A stretch of DNA of 53,235 bases from Hydrolagus affinis (Eukaryota): positions 1 to 53,235 of the forward strand of contig JAAILG010002566.1 of the NCBI GenBank assembly GCA_012026655.1, written 5' to 3'. Shown here in pieces: positions 12,801-25,929 of this stretch. The notes under the pieces were generated by a model. It saw only the letters and a list, made by a program, of their open reading frames with translations, did not search any database and was not told where the DNA came from. The position numbers and the translations under genes were made by a program. Positions within the stretch are counted from its first letter, which is position 1, and every line of letters starts with the position of its first letter.

Positions 12801-13759
12801 TCTCCTCAAGTGTAGCTCAAGGTTGACTCCTGCGAAGGACCAAACCTCAGTTTGTAATATAAATGTCACGTTAGAAATTTCATTTTCCCGGAAGGGTTTT
12901 GTGAGAATGATGGATACAAAAGACTTTGATTTATATAAGCAAATGCTAGTGGGGATAAAACAGTTGCAGCTGTCATTCAGATCTGTAATAAAAAGATGTC
13001 CATTTTGGACACACATATCAGTGCCTTTTTCCTCATTCACCTGACCTATTGCCTTCATCCGCTAGTCACCACCTGTGATAGCAATGTTCAGCAAAATGAT
13101 CTCTATCCTCGCATCTACCTGCCGATTGTTATTCAAACTCAATTTATTCCCATGAAAATCAATACAGCTTCCATTATCTAAAGAAGAGCATCTTCAGCTT
13201 GAGGTTGGAATGCAGGAAAATCAGTGTGCTTAAAACCAGAATAACAAAATTACATTTATAGAGCGCCTTTCACGTCGGGAGGGCGACCTTAAGTGAAAAT
13301 AATATTCTGTCCATTTTTATCAGCCCAACCCTTTGGGGTTTCATTGTTCCATCTTCCTTGGTGGGTTCAAAACAGAAACAGAAAATAATGGTGTAAGTTA
13401 TGGTATAAAAGAAATGAGAGGTTTTTTCCTGCCAAGGGTCCTCCAAATAAACATTTAAGCTCTCATTTCATTATCGTGGGACATTGTTAAGCACAAACAG
13501 GCCACTATGTTTGTCTACAAATACACATTCACTACACTTCAGAGTAAGATCCTGTGAAGCACTTTTAAGGTATTTGGATGACAAATGCTTTCAAAAATGT
13601 GATTACTTGTATTGTTAATTGACTTCAGCTTTTCCATTACACTGACTGATGTCTCTGGAGGACATTTGCTGCAGCTTTAAGAATACATTTTATTTGACAA
13701 CACTGAAGATAAAACTGTCCAGAATTATAAGCCTGCTTGTTTTGTCGCTTTTCCCACAG

Positions 13760-13874
13760 AACTCCCGAACAGTGCCCGAGTGTGGTGTCCCTGCTTTCTG
13801 AAAGCTACAATCCTCATGTTCGATATGGTGCTGCTCTGGCTCTGGGAATATGCTGTGCGGGGACTGGCAACAAG
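13760..13874 (+). CDS. PSMD1: PSMD1/RPN2 internal exon (115 nt), first exon after the HTR2B-containing intron
   Basis: TTTTCCCACAG| ... AAG|GTGAGC. Encodes (R)[38 protein letters not shown] (PC-repeat region). Confidence 0.97.
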
Positions 13875-15548
13875 GTGAGCCTCTCGCGTTGCTGCTGCCA
13901 AACAATCTGCTTCTTTAACGTGCTGCCTCTGTACAACTGGCCGCTTCCTTACTGAGTTGTCCAGATTTGGGGGAAATTCTTGTGACAAGTGCTACAGTGA
14001 CGAGGACCTGGTGTTGGATGGCAGAGTGGGCAGGGCAAGTAAATCAAGTGGCCAAAGAGCATGCGCTCAGGCTAGGAATCCTATTAAACCCAATAGAATA
14101 CTGAACGCTCCTTGTCTTCAGTTTCATCCTCTGCTCACACCTTACATAACACGTGCTTATTTAGGTTGAAAGTCCATTAGTGTTTTAAACTAGACTTGTC
14201 AGCTTCCCAACCTTGATATCTGCGAAAAAGATATTGCTTCATTGTTCCTTAGTGCTACTTATAATTAATGTACCACTTTAAATTGGACAATGTTCAGGAT
14301 TGATTGTGTTGTATAATAATGTTTTAATTTACATATTTCGACTTTCAAAAGCCATTAGGACGGAATGAAAATCAGTTCATTTCATCAAACAGGACAAATT
14401 ATTTATGGTTATATCATTTTCGGGTATTTTTTAATTTATTTTTAATGTATATAGCTGCCTTTATTAGTGGATAATGGGGCTTTACAGGATTTCCTTGGCT
14501 TTAAAATAATCATTAAAATAAAAAAAACACTTGATAGCCTTGTATGCAGGCATTTGATGCTATGTTGCTTGTTCTTATTGTGCAGTGTCTTGGCTGTACA
14601 GTCAGGTTCAATGAGGATGGATTGCGGTGGCTACATTTACCTGGTATTGTGCTGTGGAACTGTCAGTTTTAAGAGTCCGAATTCCCTTAATAGGAGTTTC
14701 TGTGTTTCCATCCCAGTATAAATGAGCATGTAATATAAATCCTGACGTTCCAAAAAATTGTAAAACTTTCACATCTCCTATAAACATTTAAGTTAAACTT
14801 TGGAATGAAGTCCATTAGCAATGGATAACATAACCACGCATTTTGACAGCCTGATGGGATTTAGATTATCAACATAAATCCCCCTATTATAACATGTTAA
14901 AGTACGTGTAAATGCTGTTGGGAGTTGTCAAGTAGCTGTGCTGAAGGCTGCATGACTGGTGCAGTGTTCGAGAAGCAGAATGACTGAGTTAATTTCGCTT
15001 CAGTGCAGTCATTTTGTAGGGAGGTAGATCATGGAGAACAGATGACCACAACTACACTAATTGATACAAGTTTGACATTCAATCTATGTTCGGAAACTAT
15101 GGTGTACGCAGGGTAAGTGATATTAAAATCTGTAGTGTTAATTCAAGGCTGGTCTGGCCTCTTCATCATCCAACTAAAAATCACTGCCGGTGTCCTAAAG
15201 GGCTTCTCTTTCACACTGCATGGTAAAATATAGTTTCTTTCTCTACTTTTCCCCAATGGGTTTAACAGTGTTAAGCGGTTCTTAAGTAACCTTTCATAAT
15301 CGCTGTATATAAAGGTTTAAGGCTGTAAAAGCTTAACACTCACTGGAGTTTCTAATCGCAACATTTTCTGGTCTGAGTTCAAACAGGAAGACAATTCCCA
15401 GCGAGTGACAACAGTAATCGCAGTGGACAGTGGAAGGAAACTACTGTTCAGCAGCTACCTCGCTTTACTGGTCAAAATCCCCCCCAAAATGACTATGAGT
15501 TCATCATAATCTCTTTCATTTTGGTCAACCTACTGCACTGTCTGGTAC

Positions 15549-15697
15549 TGTGGTTGGAAAGGAGTGTTGATGTCCCTAACTCCAGCTCCAGTCTGACATG
15601 TCTGTGCCAGTGCTCCTGTGTGGTTGGAAAGGAGTGTTGATATCCCTAACTCCAGCTCCAGCCTGACAGTCTGCATGTCTGTGCCAGTGCTCCTGTG
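15549..15697. repeat. Two-copy tandem duplication, period about 70 bp
   Basis: TGTGGTTGGAAAGGAGTGTTGAT(G/A)TCCCTAACTCCAGCTCCAG...TGTGCCAGTGCTCC begins at both 15549 and 15619. Confidence 0.92.
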
Positions 15698-15719
15698 GTG
15701 CTGGGAGATGCTGCCCAGG

Positions 15720-16059
<340 letters not shown>

Positions 16060-16705
16060 TAAACTGAGAGTTCCATGCCTCCCATCTATACATAGAAATT
16101 CCAGAGATGTTACTCTCTCCCTGGAGGGACACACCCAACTTACCTAATATGTTAAGGCGTGAAGGGTGCTGTGTAAATGCAATTTGTTCTTGTTTACACT
16201 TTTCAGGCTTCCAAAATCTTGCTCTGCTCCGCTCGTGAATAGATTAGAGAGGGCAGCTCTCCCTGTCACAATCCCTGCAATATGTGTCGTGAAGTAAGAA
16301 AGCTTGTTAACATGGAAAACCTTGCCAGGCTGTGATCTGAATGGCGAGCTATGTGGGTTTACATTACGTTAGGGAATTTAACATTGAGGCAACTAAAACT
16401 GCTGTGTTTGGTGCAGCCTTCCAGTCTGGAAAATATTCACATTCAATTAGCTTCATCGTCTTCCTTAAACCAAGGTAAGCATTCCAATTGTATTAACATT
16501 GGGTAGAAACCAGCTTGTGTAATGCAGGACACTAGTGAAGGCAATGTTTTTGCAGTGGTGTGCAGGAGGTTGGTTGGCAGTTAGCTCTCTGAGACGCCGT
16601 CCGTCGTGGAGGGCGCTATAGGAATCGAAGTTGTTGTTGTCGTCGTTGTTGCCTGTTACTTTGCGGCTGCTGTAGTTTGGGGACCACATTCCTCCTTCAT
16701 TTAAT

Positions 16706-16914
16706 ACAAAACACAAAATACTACAGACGCTGGGAATCTGAAACAAAAACAGAAGTTGCTGGGGAAACCCAGCGGGTCAGGCAGCATCCATGGAGAAAGG
16801 AAAAAGAGTCAACGTTTCGGGTCTACAGCCCTTCGGCAGAACGTTGACTTTTTCCTTTCTCCATGGATCCTGCCTGACCTGCTGAGTTTCCTCAGCAACT
16901 TTTGTTTTTGTTTT
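16706..16914. mobile_element. Fold-back (palindromic) Penelope-like pLTR-derived insertion with target-site duplication
   Basis: Arms 16741-16816 and 16840-16913 are reverse complements. Flanks CTCCTTCATTTA(A/G)T at 16692-16705 and 16915-16928. Confidence 0.75.
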
Positions 16915-17270
16915 CTCCTTCATTTAGTGCCTGATCAACACTGTGACTGTGTAACTGGTCACTGCTGCTTGCTCTGAAGTATTTGGCTTGGGTCTCTTAT
17001 CCTTCAGATTATTTAAACAAACCCTTCCAGGAGAAGCTAAATCACTACAGTCCATTGGGATTGGCTGCTGAACTGACAGAAAACCATTTATTTATATTAA
17101 GGTGTTTTGAAATAACGGCCTTAACTGCAAGTATTTTCAGGTTGAAATCTCTTCCAGAAGGGAACCCTGTTGCATAGTTAGTTTAACTGTATTCGTACAA
17201 ACATTCCCCTCTCTCTCCCAGAGATCAGACCTTTTCTGATGCAGTTCTTGGGTGGTAGTTGAACTATAGC

Positions 17271-17340
17271 TGTGAATTGGACTATTGTACATGTGAATCG
17301 AGTGATTGTACGTGTGAATTCGACTATTGTACATGTGAAT
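17271..17340. repeat. 21-bp minisatellite, about 3.3 copies
   Basis: TGTGAATTGGACTATTGTACA / TGTGAATCGAGTGATTGTACG / TGTGAATTCGACTATTGTACA / TGTGAAT. Confidence 0.88.
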
Positions 17341-17679
17341 AGTGCTCAACACTTATGTTATGTTTTTCAAATGGAAATTTATAAATGAGAGCGTGTGTGG
17401 AAAACACACACTTCCAGCAGAAGACAAGTTTATTATTCACCTGGGTCACAACCCTTACATAGGGTTAGAGCTCACACGCACAGCAGCAGTCCAGGTGGGA
17501 GAGGGCAAGGGTGTCTTCCGTAGGAGATTGGTGTGAAGAAGCAGTATGCCTTAAAAAGGCTGAAAACATGACTGGCCAATCTTTTCCCTCTGACCCCTTC
17601 TGCTAATGGATGTACAAGCGCACTCTCCCCACTCACTCCATAAATCAAAAACATTTGATCGAGAAAAACCCGGTAACAG

Positions 17680-17815
17680 ATAATAATAATAATTATTAAT
17701 ATTTGATATAGCGCTTTTCACGTCTTCTAGACGTCTCAAAAGCGCTTCACAGAATATACTGTAAAGTGAATTTGAGTATATAATTGTAGGCGAAACGCGG
17801 CAGCCAATTGTACAC
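17680..17815 (-). mobile_element. SINE 3' fragment (same family); similar fragments at about 6830-6940 (-), 19445-19598 (+) and 51525-51750 (+)
   Basis: (TAA)n tail, GACGTCTCAAAAGCGCTTCACAGAATATACTGTAAAGTGAATT, GCGAAACGCGGCAGCCAATTG. Confidence 0.8.
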
Positions 17816-19083
17816 AGATGACCTCAAACATTGATTGATTTACGCAGACTGGTGTGAATGTTTGTGTGGCTGCTTCCTGACAGCCCTGTGGGTCAGACCT
17901 CAGTTTGGCTGGTCTGTGCTAATGTGAGTCTAACATAAAACTTCACCATGTGGGCCCAGCCAGTTTGTATCCTTACTTTTACATTGGATGGTGACTATTC
18001 TCACTGATAAATCGAGGAGCACTAGATCTTTTTAAACTTCCATTTAATCAGATGTCTAAATGGGATTATAAACGTTCTGTCAGCAAGGATGATTAAACAC
18101 TGAATGAAAACCTATGATCCATACTGAAGTTAATCAAATGGAAATTAATTTGCGCTCTACTGTTTCAAGATCCAAATGCATTTCGAGGGAGAGTGAAGAA
18201 TTTTTTAGTGAGCGTTTAAATGTTTTGCTTGTTCTGAAACAATGACTGTCCAGCGCCCTTGACGTGAAAGATGCTATACAAGTGTAATTTTGTTGTTATT
18301 GTTGTTGTTCAGAAATGTTAAATGTACAAAATTTCAAAACCTTTATAAAAGTAAGTTTGAGGTTATCCTTTAATTTGAAATAGATTTCACCTCCTGCGAT
18401 GGAGATGGAACATCACATCTTTCTTCAGGTCATTGGGTTTTCTTCCCAGTCTTTCTGCACCAGGCATTAACTTCCCAATTTCCTGTCGGCTGTTCTGTTT
18501 TAGATTGTGCTTCAGATTATTCTGAACAGCAATTTCACTGCCCAAAAGAATAATAATTTACATGTGTGAAATGTGAATATTCTGCTTCTGAAAGATCTAA
18601 ACCGGAAAAAGTGAAAGTGTAACAAGTCACGGCATCCATTTGATTCCACTCCAGCCTCGGCTCTTCAATGTGACGTGCAAACAGCATTGCGCCCCACAAA
18701 TGAAGGTTAATTCTCTGAGAAAAATATTCGATAGCATCCATGTGGGATCCATGTTTATAGCCTCCTGACTGTGGTTTTCAGATCATGCTAACTATTTTCA
18801 GATCTAACCAAATGTGGACAAATTACTAATGTAACTGTATCCCCCTATCATCTCTGTTCCTTTGAAGTGTGTATTTATGTGTGTGCATTTTATAGTGAAT
18901 CCTGTTGTGTGAACATCCATCTTGAATTGTTCGAATAATTTTTCTATGCACTCATTACTAGATTGGTCCCAAATTTAAACCTCCCTCGTGTGAATGTATA
19001 CAACTCTGTGTTTGAATTGGTCTGTTTTGACGTGTATACAAGTTCCTCACTAACATCTGTCTGCCCTGCGTTCCCTAAATTAG

Positions 19084-19194
<111 letters not shown>

Positions 19195-20829
19195 TAGCTA
19201 CGGAAGTCAGTGTGTTCTCAGCTGTCTGTGTTATTCTTTTGAAGTTTAAACATTGCTCGAAGTGCGTAGCTGAGATTGACTCAGCCCAGAATGGAAGAGC
19301 TACAGATGTTTTACACATTTGGTGAACGTGTGATGTTCACATCTGTTCTGTTGAATGGTGATTCCACCTGTATGTGAGAGGTGAACTGCATTGGAAAAAT
19401 GAGTAAGGACCATATCTGTGGTGGATGAACCAAACATTTTTTTGTAACTGTTTGGGAGTCAACGCTGTGCGCAATTGGCTGCTGTATTTCACCCACAAAA
19501 TACAGTCAATCCATTTTACACTATACCTGGTGAAACGCTTTGAGACATCTCAACGATGTGATAAGATGCTATATCAAATGCAAGGATTATTATTATAATA
19601 TCCAAATTAACTGAAAGAGCATCTAAATGCATGCATTTCAAAACCTAGCCATGTTCTCTATAATAATCAACTCCTTCTAACCAAAAACTAATCCATAAAA
19701 TGCTCGAAATGGTTCACAAAATAGTAAGCAAAACCTAACGATTTGAAACAATATCAATCAACTTTAGCCAGAGGCTAGTTATACAGTAACTGTAACGTGT
19801 GCTGAGCTGTTCAGCCCTGATACTTCAAGCAATGTTTAAACCTTCAATACCCTCCATCTTTGAGCCCATAGATTTGGAGCAATGAGCCTGAGGAAAAAGC
19901 ATACTAATGAGATTTGGAGCTAAAGAATCTGTTTTAGGGCAAGTCTGACTTTTGGAGTCAGAGGAGACACTTAATTACATTTTACAACATCTTTGAACTG
20001 TGTTAAAGACATTTTGAACTGGAAGTGAGGATGGAGACTGCTTTAGTACTATCCTGGGGGCATTATCTGTCATCCCAGACTCTGATAAATGCGCTGTGAG
20101 ATTATCAATACTGTCAGAAATGATTTCCTGATTTAATCTTAAACTTCCAACTGACATTCAAACTGCAGCTGCCAACACTGGCAATGTCTCAGCTTTCAGC
20201 TCAGTGTGTGACTATTGCACTACATACCCACAGAAGGATCAATTGGAGCATTTAGAAAATAATTGGACAAGCACAAACAGAGGAACTGTATTAATGCATA
20301 TGGGGAAAGAGCAGGAAATTGAGAGTTAGGTGGATGGCTTCACGAAGCAAACACCAACATTAAAACATTGACTGAATGGCCTCCGATTGTTTCATACATA
20401 TCTGTGGTTGAAGCAGCGTCCAATTTGTTGGTCGACATTGAACAGGATAGATGGCAACTGGAGGAAAACCGCAAAGCCCAGCATCACTGACATTTAATTA
20501 AGGACCTAGATATTAAGCAGTTTCTTGTGCAAGGCTTGTTTTGGGGAATTTGAAATGTGGGATGCAAATCCCACACTCTGATTTCAATCTTTGTAGTTTT
20601 TTTGTTTCTTGGTTAGAACATTTCTATTGGAACGTTTTTACTTGATTCTTTGGGTTAGAATAAGCCGCGTGTCTGGGCCAGCGGGTGAGTGGTAATGGGG
20701 CTGATTCCCATCTCTGACTGGAACCAGAATGCACACGGATCAGCAGGTCTGTCAAGGGCTGCGCACGATCGAATTTGGTCTTGAGAACACATGGACTTTA
20801 TTATGAATACTTGCGGACACACAATATGA

Positions 20830-21382
20830 AGCAAGACACTCCAATACAGTGCTGGGAGTGTTGTGTAATACCAGAGGACTTTGGATGAGCCATTAAACCG
20901 ACGTCCCATGTGTCTGTCTATTCAGGTGGATATTAAACATGCCAAGAATTGAAAAGTGAAGGGAGATTCTCCCAGCAATCCTGGCCAACATTCACCCCAA
21001 ATAACAAAACAAAAACAAAGGTTGCTGGGGAAACTCGGCAGGTCAAGCAGCATCCATGGAGAAAGGAAAAAGAGTCAACGTTTCGGGTCTACAAGCCTTC
21101 GTCAGGAGGACACATCTCCATGGATGCTGCCTGACCTGCTGAGTTTCCCTAGCAACCTTTGTTTTTGTTTCAGATTCCCAGCATCTGCAATATTTTGTGT
21201 TTTGTTCACCCCAAGCAAAATTGGCTATTCACTTCACAGTTGTTTGTGGGAAATGATTGCAAACATTGGCTGCCATGTTTTCCTACACAAATGCACAGGC
21301 ACTGCAGCAAAAATCCCATGAGTTCCCTTAAGATGTCCTTCCGACATGAAAAGCACTGTGTCAAATGAAATCATTATTATTG
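20830..21382 (+). mobile_element. Old Deu-domain SINE (AmnSINE1/SacSINE1-like), interrupted by a younger fold-back insertion
   Basis: TTTGGATGAGCCATTAAACCGA..TTCAGGTGGATATTAAA..GGGAGATTCTCCCAGCAATCCTGGCCAACATT resembles the Deu core as I recall it; after the insertion it continues with TTGTTTGTGGG..AAACATTGGCTGCC and a tail. Confidence 0.65.
21001..21204. mobile_element. Second fold-back Penelope-like insertion with target-site duplication
   Basis: Arms 21007-21062 and 21115-21170 (3 mismatches in 56). TTCACCCCAA is duplicated at 20991-21000 and 21205-21214. Homologous to 16706-16914. Confidence 0.75.
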
Positions 21383-22059
21383 TTAATACTGCTTAACTGG
21401 AGTTAACTGGAGTTAAGCAGTCGTGGTGAAAGGAGAAAAAACGAGCGTGATGAAATGATAATGAGGAAATCTACAAATAAACAAAACATATAAGTCCGCG
21501 AAAACACATCAGAAAGTAGGAAAAACTATTTTGAAACAAATTAGTTTGATTTAAAATAGCCTTTTTTTAGCAAATTGAAATTTCCAAGATTGTCAGCATT
21601 CTATCATTTGTGGTTTGACACACTATAGTAAGGTGAATCCACCATTTCATGCTTGACAAGATTGAATGTCATTTCATTATTTAAAGGAAGGAGCCATTGT
21701 TAAATGCATTCTGTGATTATGGATTTAAATTCTTCTTTTCAATAAATAATTTTAATGTTGCTCTCTCTAGATGTGAGTGAAACGTGGAATGTGTTTGCTG
21801 AAATATGCAGTGCTGTCTTATTGTGAGTTGATGAGAATTTGAGGAGAAGGTTGTCATGAAAGGGAAATGTGATGAGATGATTATGTGTGAGCTATTAAAT
21901 GGAGCAAGCTTGACAGCACAATAACTGCACTTTCAAATTCCAATTAATGCTCCCACTATTGAATGTCCTTGGTGTGATTTTTACAACCTTCTGTGTTTTC
22001 ATGGGCTCAACATAATACAATTTAATACAATAATACAGTTTCTGTAGCTTTTATACTTA

Positions 22060-22625
22060 TTCTGTACTCATTGTCTTAAAAGCGCTTCACACAACTGGAT
22101 ATGCACTTAGGCTGGGGGTGGGTAGGAGAAAGATGTTCAAAAGAACGGCCAAAGAGGTAGGACTTGAGTTGGGCTTTGAAGATGGGGTGGAAGGGGGCAA
22201 GTCAGAGGGACAGAATTCCCTGGGAGCTCAGGCAGAGCGGCTAAAATTAGACAATTGCATTGGAATACCTAAAGAAAAATACAGGTTGTTTCTATCTCCT
22301 TTGACTGGTGAATTAAAGTAAAGGCTACATTCCTATCACTTGCCCACATCACGACCTCGAACCCAAGTTGCCTCGAGCAGGGTGTTGGCGTAGTCGAGTC
22401 TGGATGTTATAAAGGCATGAAGGTTTCGGCGGCCTGAGGGGAGTCGGGCAATATTGCGGAGGTGAGGGAAGGCAGAGCGGGTCACGGCTTGGATGTGGGC
22501 GAGGAAAGACTGTTGAGGATTGAACAAGACACCTAGGTTCCTGACTGGGAGGGTGAGGTAGAGTGTGCAACCATGGAGGTTGATGCTCCCAGTGCCTGAA
22601 GTGTGGAGACGCTGGCGCGAGCCAA
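22060..22625 (-). mobile_element. L2-clade LINE fragments
   Basis: ORF 22336-22527 gives SFLAHIQAVTRSAFPHLRNIARL..HAFITSRLDYANTLL (L2 RT C-terminal region). A degraded 3' end lies at 22060-22246. Confidence 0.82.
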
Positions 22626-23532
22626 TCAGGTGGCTCTCTGTCCTGTTGATATTCCGCTGAAGAAAGTTGTAACATCTGTAGACTTGTGTGCGACTGCTCG
22701 GGCTTTAGGTTAATTAGCTTTGGTTTGCTTCAGCACTTTGTTTCAATATTGAAATTGAAATTTCTACCGTCGCACCCATCGCAAATATTTTGTTTCCTGT
22801 TCTTGTAACAAGTCTGATGTTCCAGCCCCGTATTCCCATTGTAAGTTATACCAGAAATCTGTGAGATGCTATTGAGAATGTTCCAGTTATCGTGTACCAT
22901 CAGAGGCGTTTGTGATTTGTCAGTTGTGATCTTTGCCTTCCAAATTGTCGTTTCTTCATCACAGTATTGCCGTCCTTGTAACCCTTACAGCCCCTAAGCC
23001 AAGCAAGGCTTTATCTGGCTAATTAGACTACTTTCACATCTTGGTTAACAGTTCTGAGTGGCTTGAAGCTGCCAGTATCTAACAATTCAACGGTTTTAGA
23101 TGTCAAAACAATTTCCCCCAAAAAAGTGAGCCTTAACTTTCAAACTTTCTTTTATTACAGCTACTTCCTTTGCTTCCAGCTGTGAATTTAATGACTTCAT
23201 CTAATAGTACTTTTATCATAAAAATAGGAAGCCTATTTTTAACCGTAACTACCATTTTGCATTTGACTTATTTTTATGTAAATCAGTAGCGCTCTCTGAA
23301 ATGTCAGAGTGTTGAATAGTAACTAATTATTTTTCTCCAGTAAAGATCTGTTGTAGTGTAATGTGCTTTCGGAAATAGCCGCCCTGATGACCATCAGATG
23401 AGCAGTCGTGAGGCCTTCAGTGAGATAACCTAACTATTTCATCCATCCTATATTTTCTCGTTCTCCTCCTTGTCCCATCATCAGCTCTGGTGCAGGTACT
23501 TCACTGCCCAGGACCTGGGGACATCCTCTTGA

Positions 23533-23970
<438 letters not shown>

Positions 23971-24676
23971 TAGCTCCACGTACTCTAGGGGATTGCGCAT
24001 GATATGATATATATTTACTTTACGATGGAAACTCGATGACTTCAACATTTGGTTTATTAACCCCAGTGGATGTGCCCTGAGCAGATCACCAAACAATGAA
24101 TGAAACTTCTCTGTCAGCAGAAGGCAGCTTCTCTGTCTCGGTGGTCCTTGTCACTATCATTCAGAGTTGCGGATGCTGAGTAATTGAAAAACAATTCTGC
24201 TTCAATAAATATTGAAGTTAAGAGCTCTGAGACGCCGTCCGGTGTGGAGTGCGCTATAGAAATACAAGTTGTTGTTGTCTTTGAAGTTGGTTGTGATGAT
24301 CTTGTGGTACCAGAGGCTACTCTGATGAAATGAGAAAATCAATGTGTAAATAGGGTATACACACAAACTCACACATGCACTCACACACACTCACACACAC
24401 ACACTGTCATCAGATAGTGAAAACTGGCAGTGAGTGTTAAATCACAGTATCTTTCAGCGCAACCTCTCAATATTTCAGTTGTCAATAATTTGATCCACCC
24501 AAACTTTACACATTAGCTATTTGTATGGCTTCTGAGTTGTGTAATTAAATGTCGAAAATGCAGGTCAGATAATTAACCAAAATGCTCAGGTAGATCTAGA
24601 TTTCAAGAGGTAGCTGTTTGATTTCCGAATCACTGCAAAAGTGTTTGACGTGTTTAATATTCACTTTGTGCTGTAG

Positions 24677-24769
24677 ATGCCTAAAGTCCAGTACCGATCA
24701 AACTGCAAGGCATCCACATTCGCCTACCCTCCTGCCCTGGAGGTGCCAAAGGAAAGAGAGAAAGAGAAG
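24677..24769 (+). CDS. PSMD1: PSMD1 internal exon (93 nt)
   Basis: CTGTAG| ... AAG|GTCTGT. Encodes [31 protein letters not shown]. Confidence 0.96.
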
Positions 24770-25827
24770 GTCTGTATCGTGTGTCATTCTGTTTGTTGTT
24801 ACAACTTATCATCCTCATTTCTACTTGAAGTTCAGCTCCCACAGAATAAACCTCTCGCTGCCCTTTTGATCCGGAAAGATTAAATACTTTGTTCGTATCA
24901 TGGTTTCGAATCTTAACAGTAATAGGTTTATAAATCGGGGAAAGTGGATCATACATCGGTTAATGGAGACGCTGTGATGTGCGTTGTCAAGCGGTGTGTT
25001 TGAATTTCTTGGTTAATTACGCCAAATAAATATCTTCTTTGCATTGTACACATTCGAGATAAATAGAAAAGCTTGTAATGAGCTGCTCCAGCCCAGGCTC
25101 TTGTCTGCAAAACACCACCATTGTCACCGTGAGAGAGCGAGAGGCTGTGGTCCAGAGCATCAGTCAGGGCTTTACCCAATGGGACACGGGATTCATTGAT
25201 CATTTTATTCCGTTCTATTGTGTTCCCTGCTCAGATTGGAGTGGATTTGTTCTCTATAAAATAGTGGAATTAATTTGACTCTAGGAAAGAGCAAGCTGAA
25301 GCACAGGGATTATTTCAAACCCGGCATTCCCACAGCCCCCGGAACCCATGAACACAGATAACCGTTACGCAGCGCAACGGCATTCCATTCGACAGCAATG
25401 GGAATGAAGTCCTTCAGTTCATGAAATGCCGTTCAGCAAAGTGTTCCGTGTCGAGTTCTCCAGTGGTGACCTGTATGATCATCTCAAGTCTTTGTAAACC
25501 ACTTATGAACAGTCTGCGAAGGAAGGGAATAGAAACTGTCCTTTCCCTATTAATGCATGTTACAGGAGAGACATTAAATGGATGGATGATTGTAACCATC
25601 TTTTAATTTCTAGTTGATGCTTTCTTACTGTAAGGTTTATTTTGCTGGATCCTGCCTAGCACCCTGGACTTCATTGCTTTGTACTGAGGCACTCGAGACG
25701 CCATCCGACGTGGAGGGCACTGTATAAATCTCAAGTTGTTGTTGTTGTACTGCTAGTTGCACTAACGCCGTTCATTCCCTTGTTTACGTTCGTAGTTTAG
25801 ATCTGACGTTTGATTCTTAATCTGCAG

Positions 25828-25929
25828 GTTTCCACTGCTGTCCTGTCGATCACGGCCAAAGCAAAGAAGAAGGAGAAAGAAAAGGAGAAAGAGAAGGGAA
25901 AAGACAAAGAGGAGGAGAAAATGGATGTG
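25828..25929 (+). CDS. PSMD1: PSMD1 internal exon (102 nt), KEKE-rich
   Basis: TCTGCAG| ... GTG|GTAAGT. Encodes VSTAVLSITAKAKKKEKEKEKEKGKDKEEEKMDV. Confidence 0.96.

Noticed and set aside
17271-17340. CRISPR-like appearance of the short repeats (also 15549-15697)
   Set aside because: Head-to-tail tandem units without unique spacers, no cas genes, and a vertebrate intron context.
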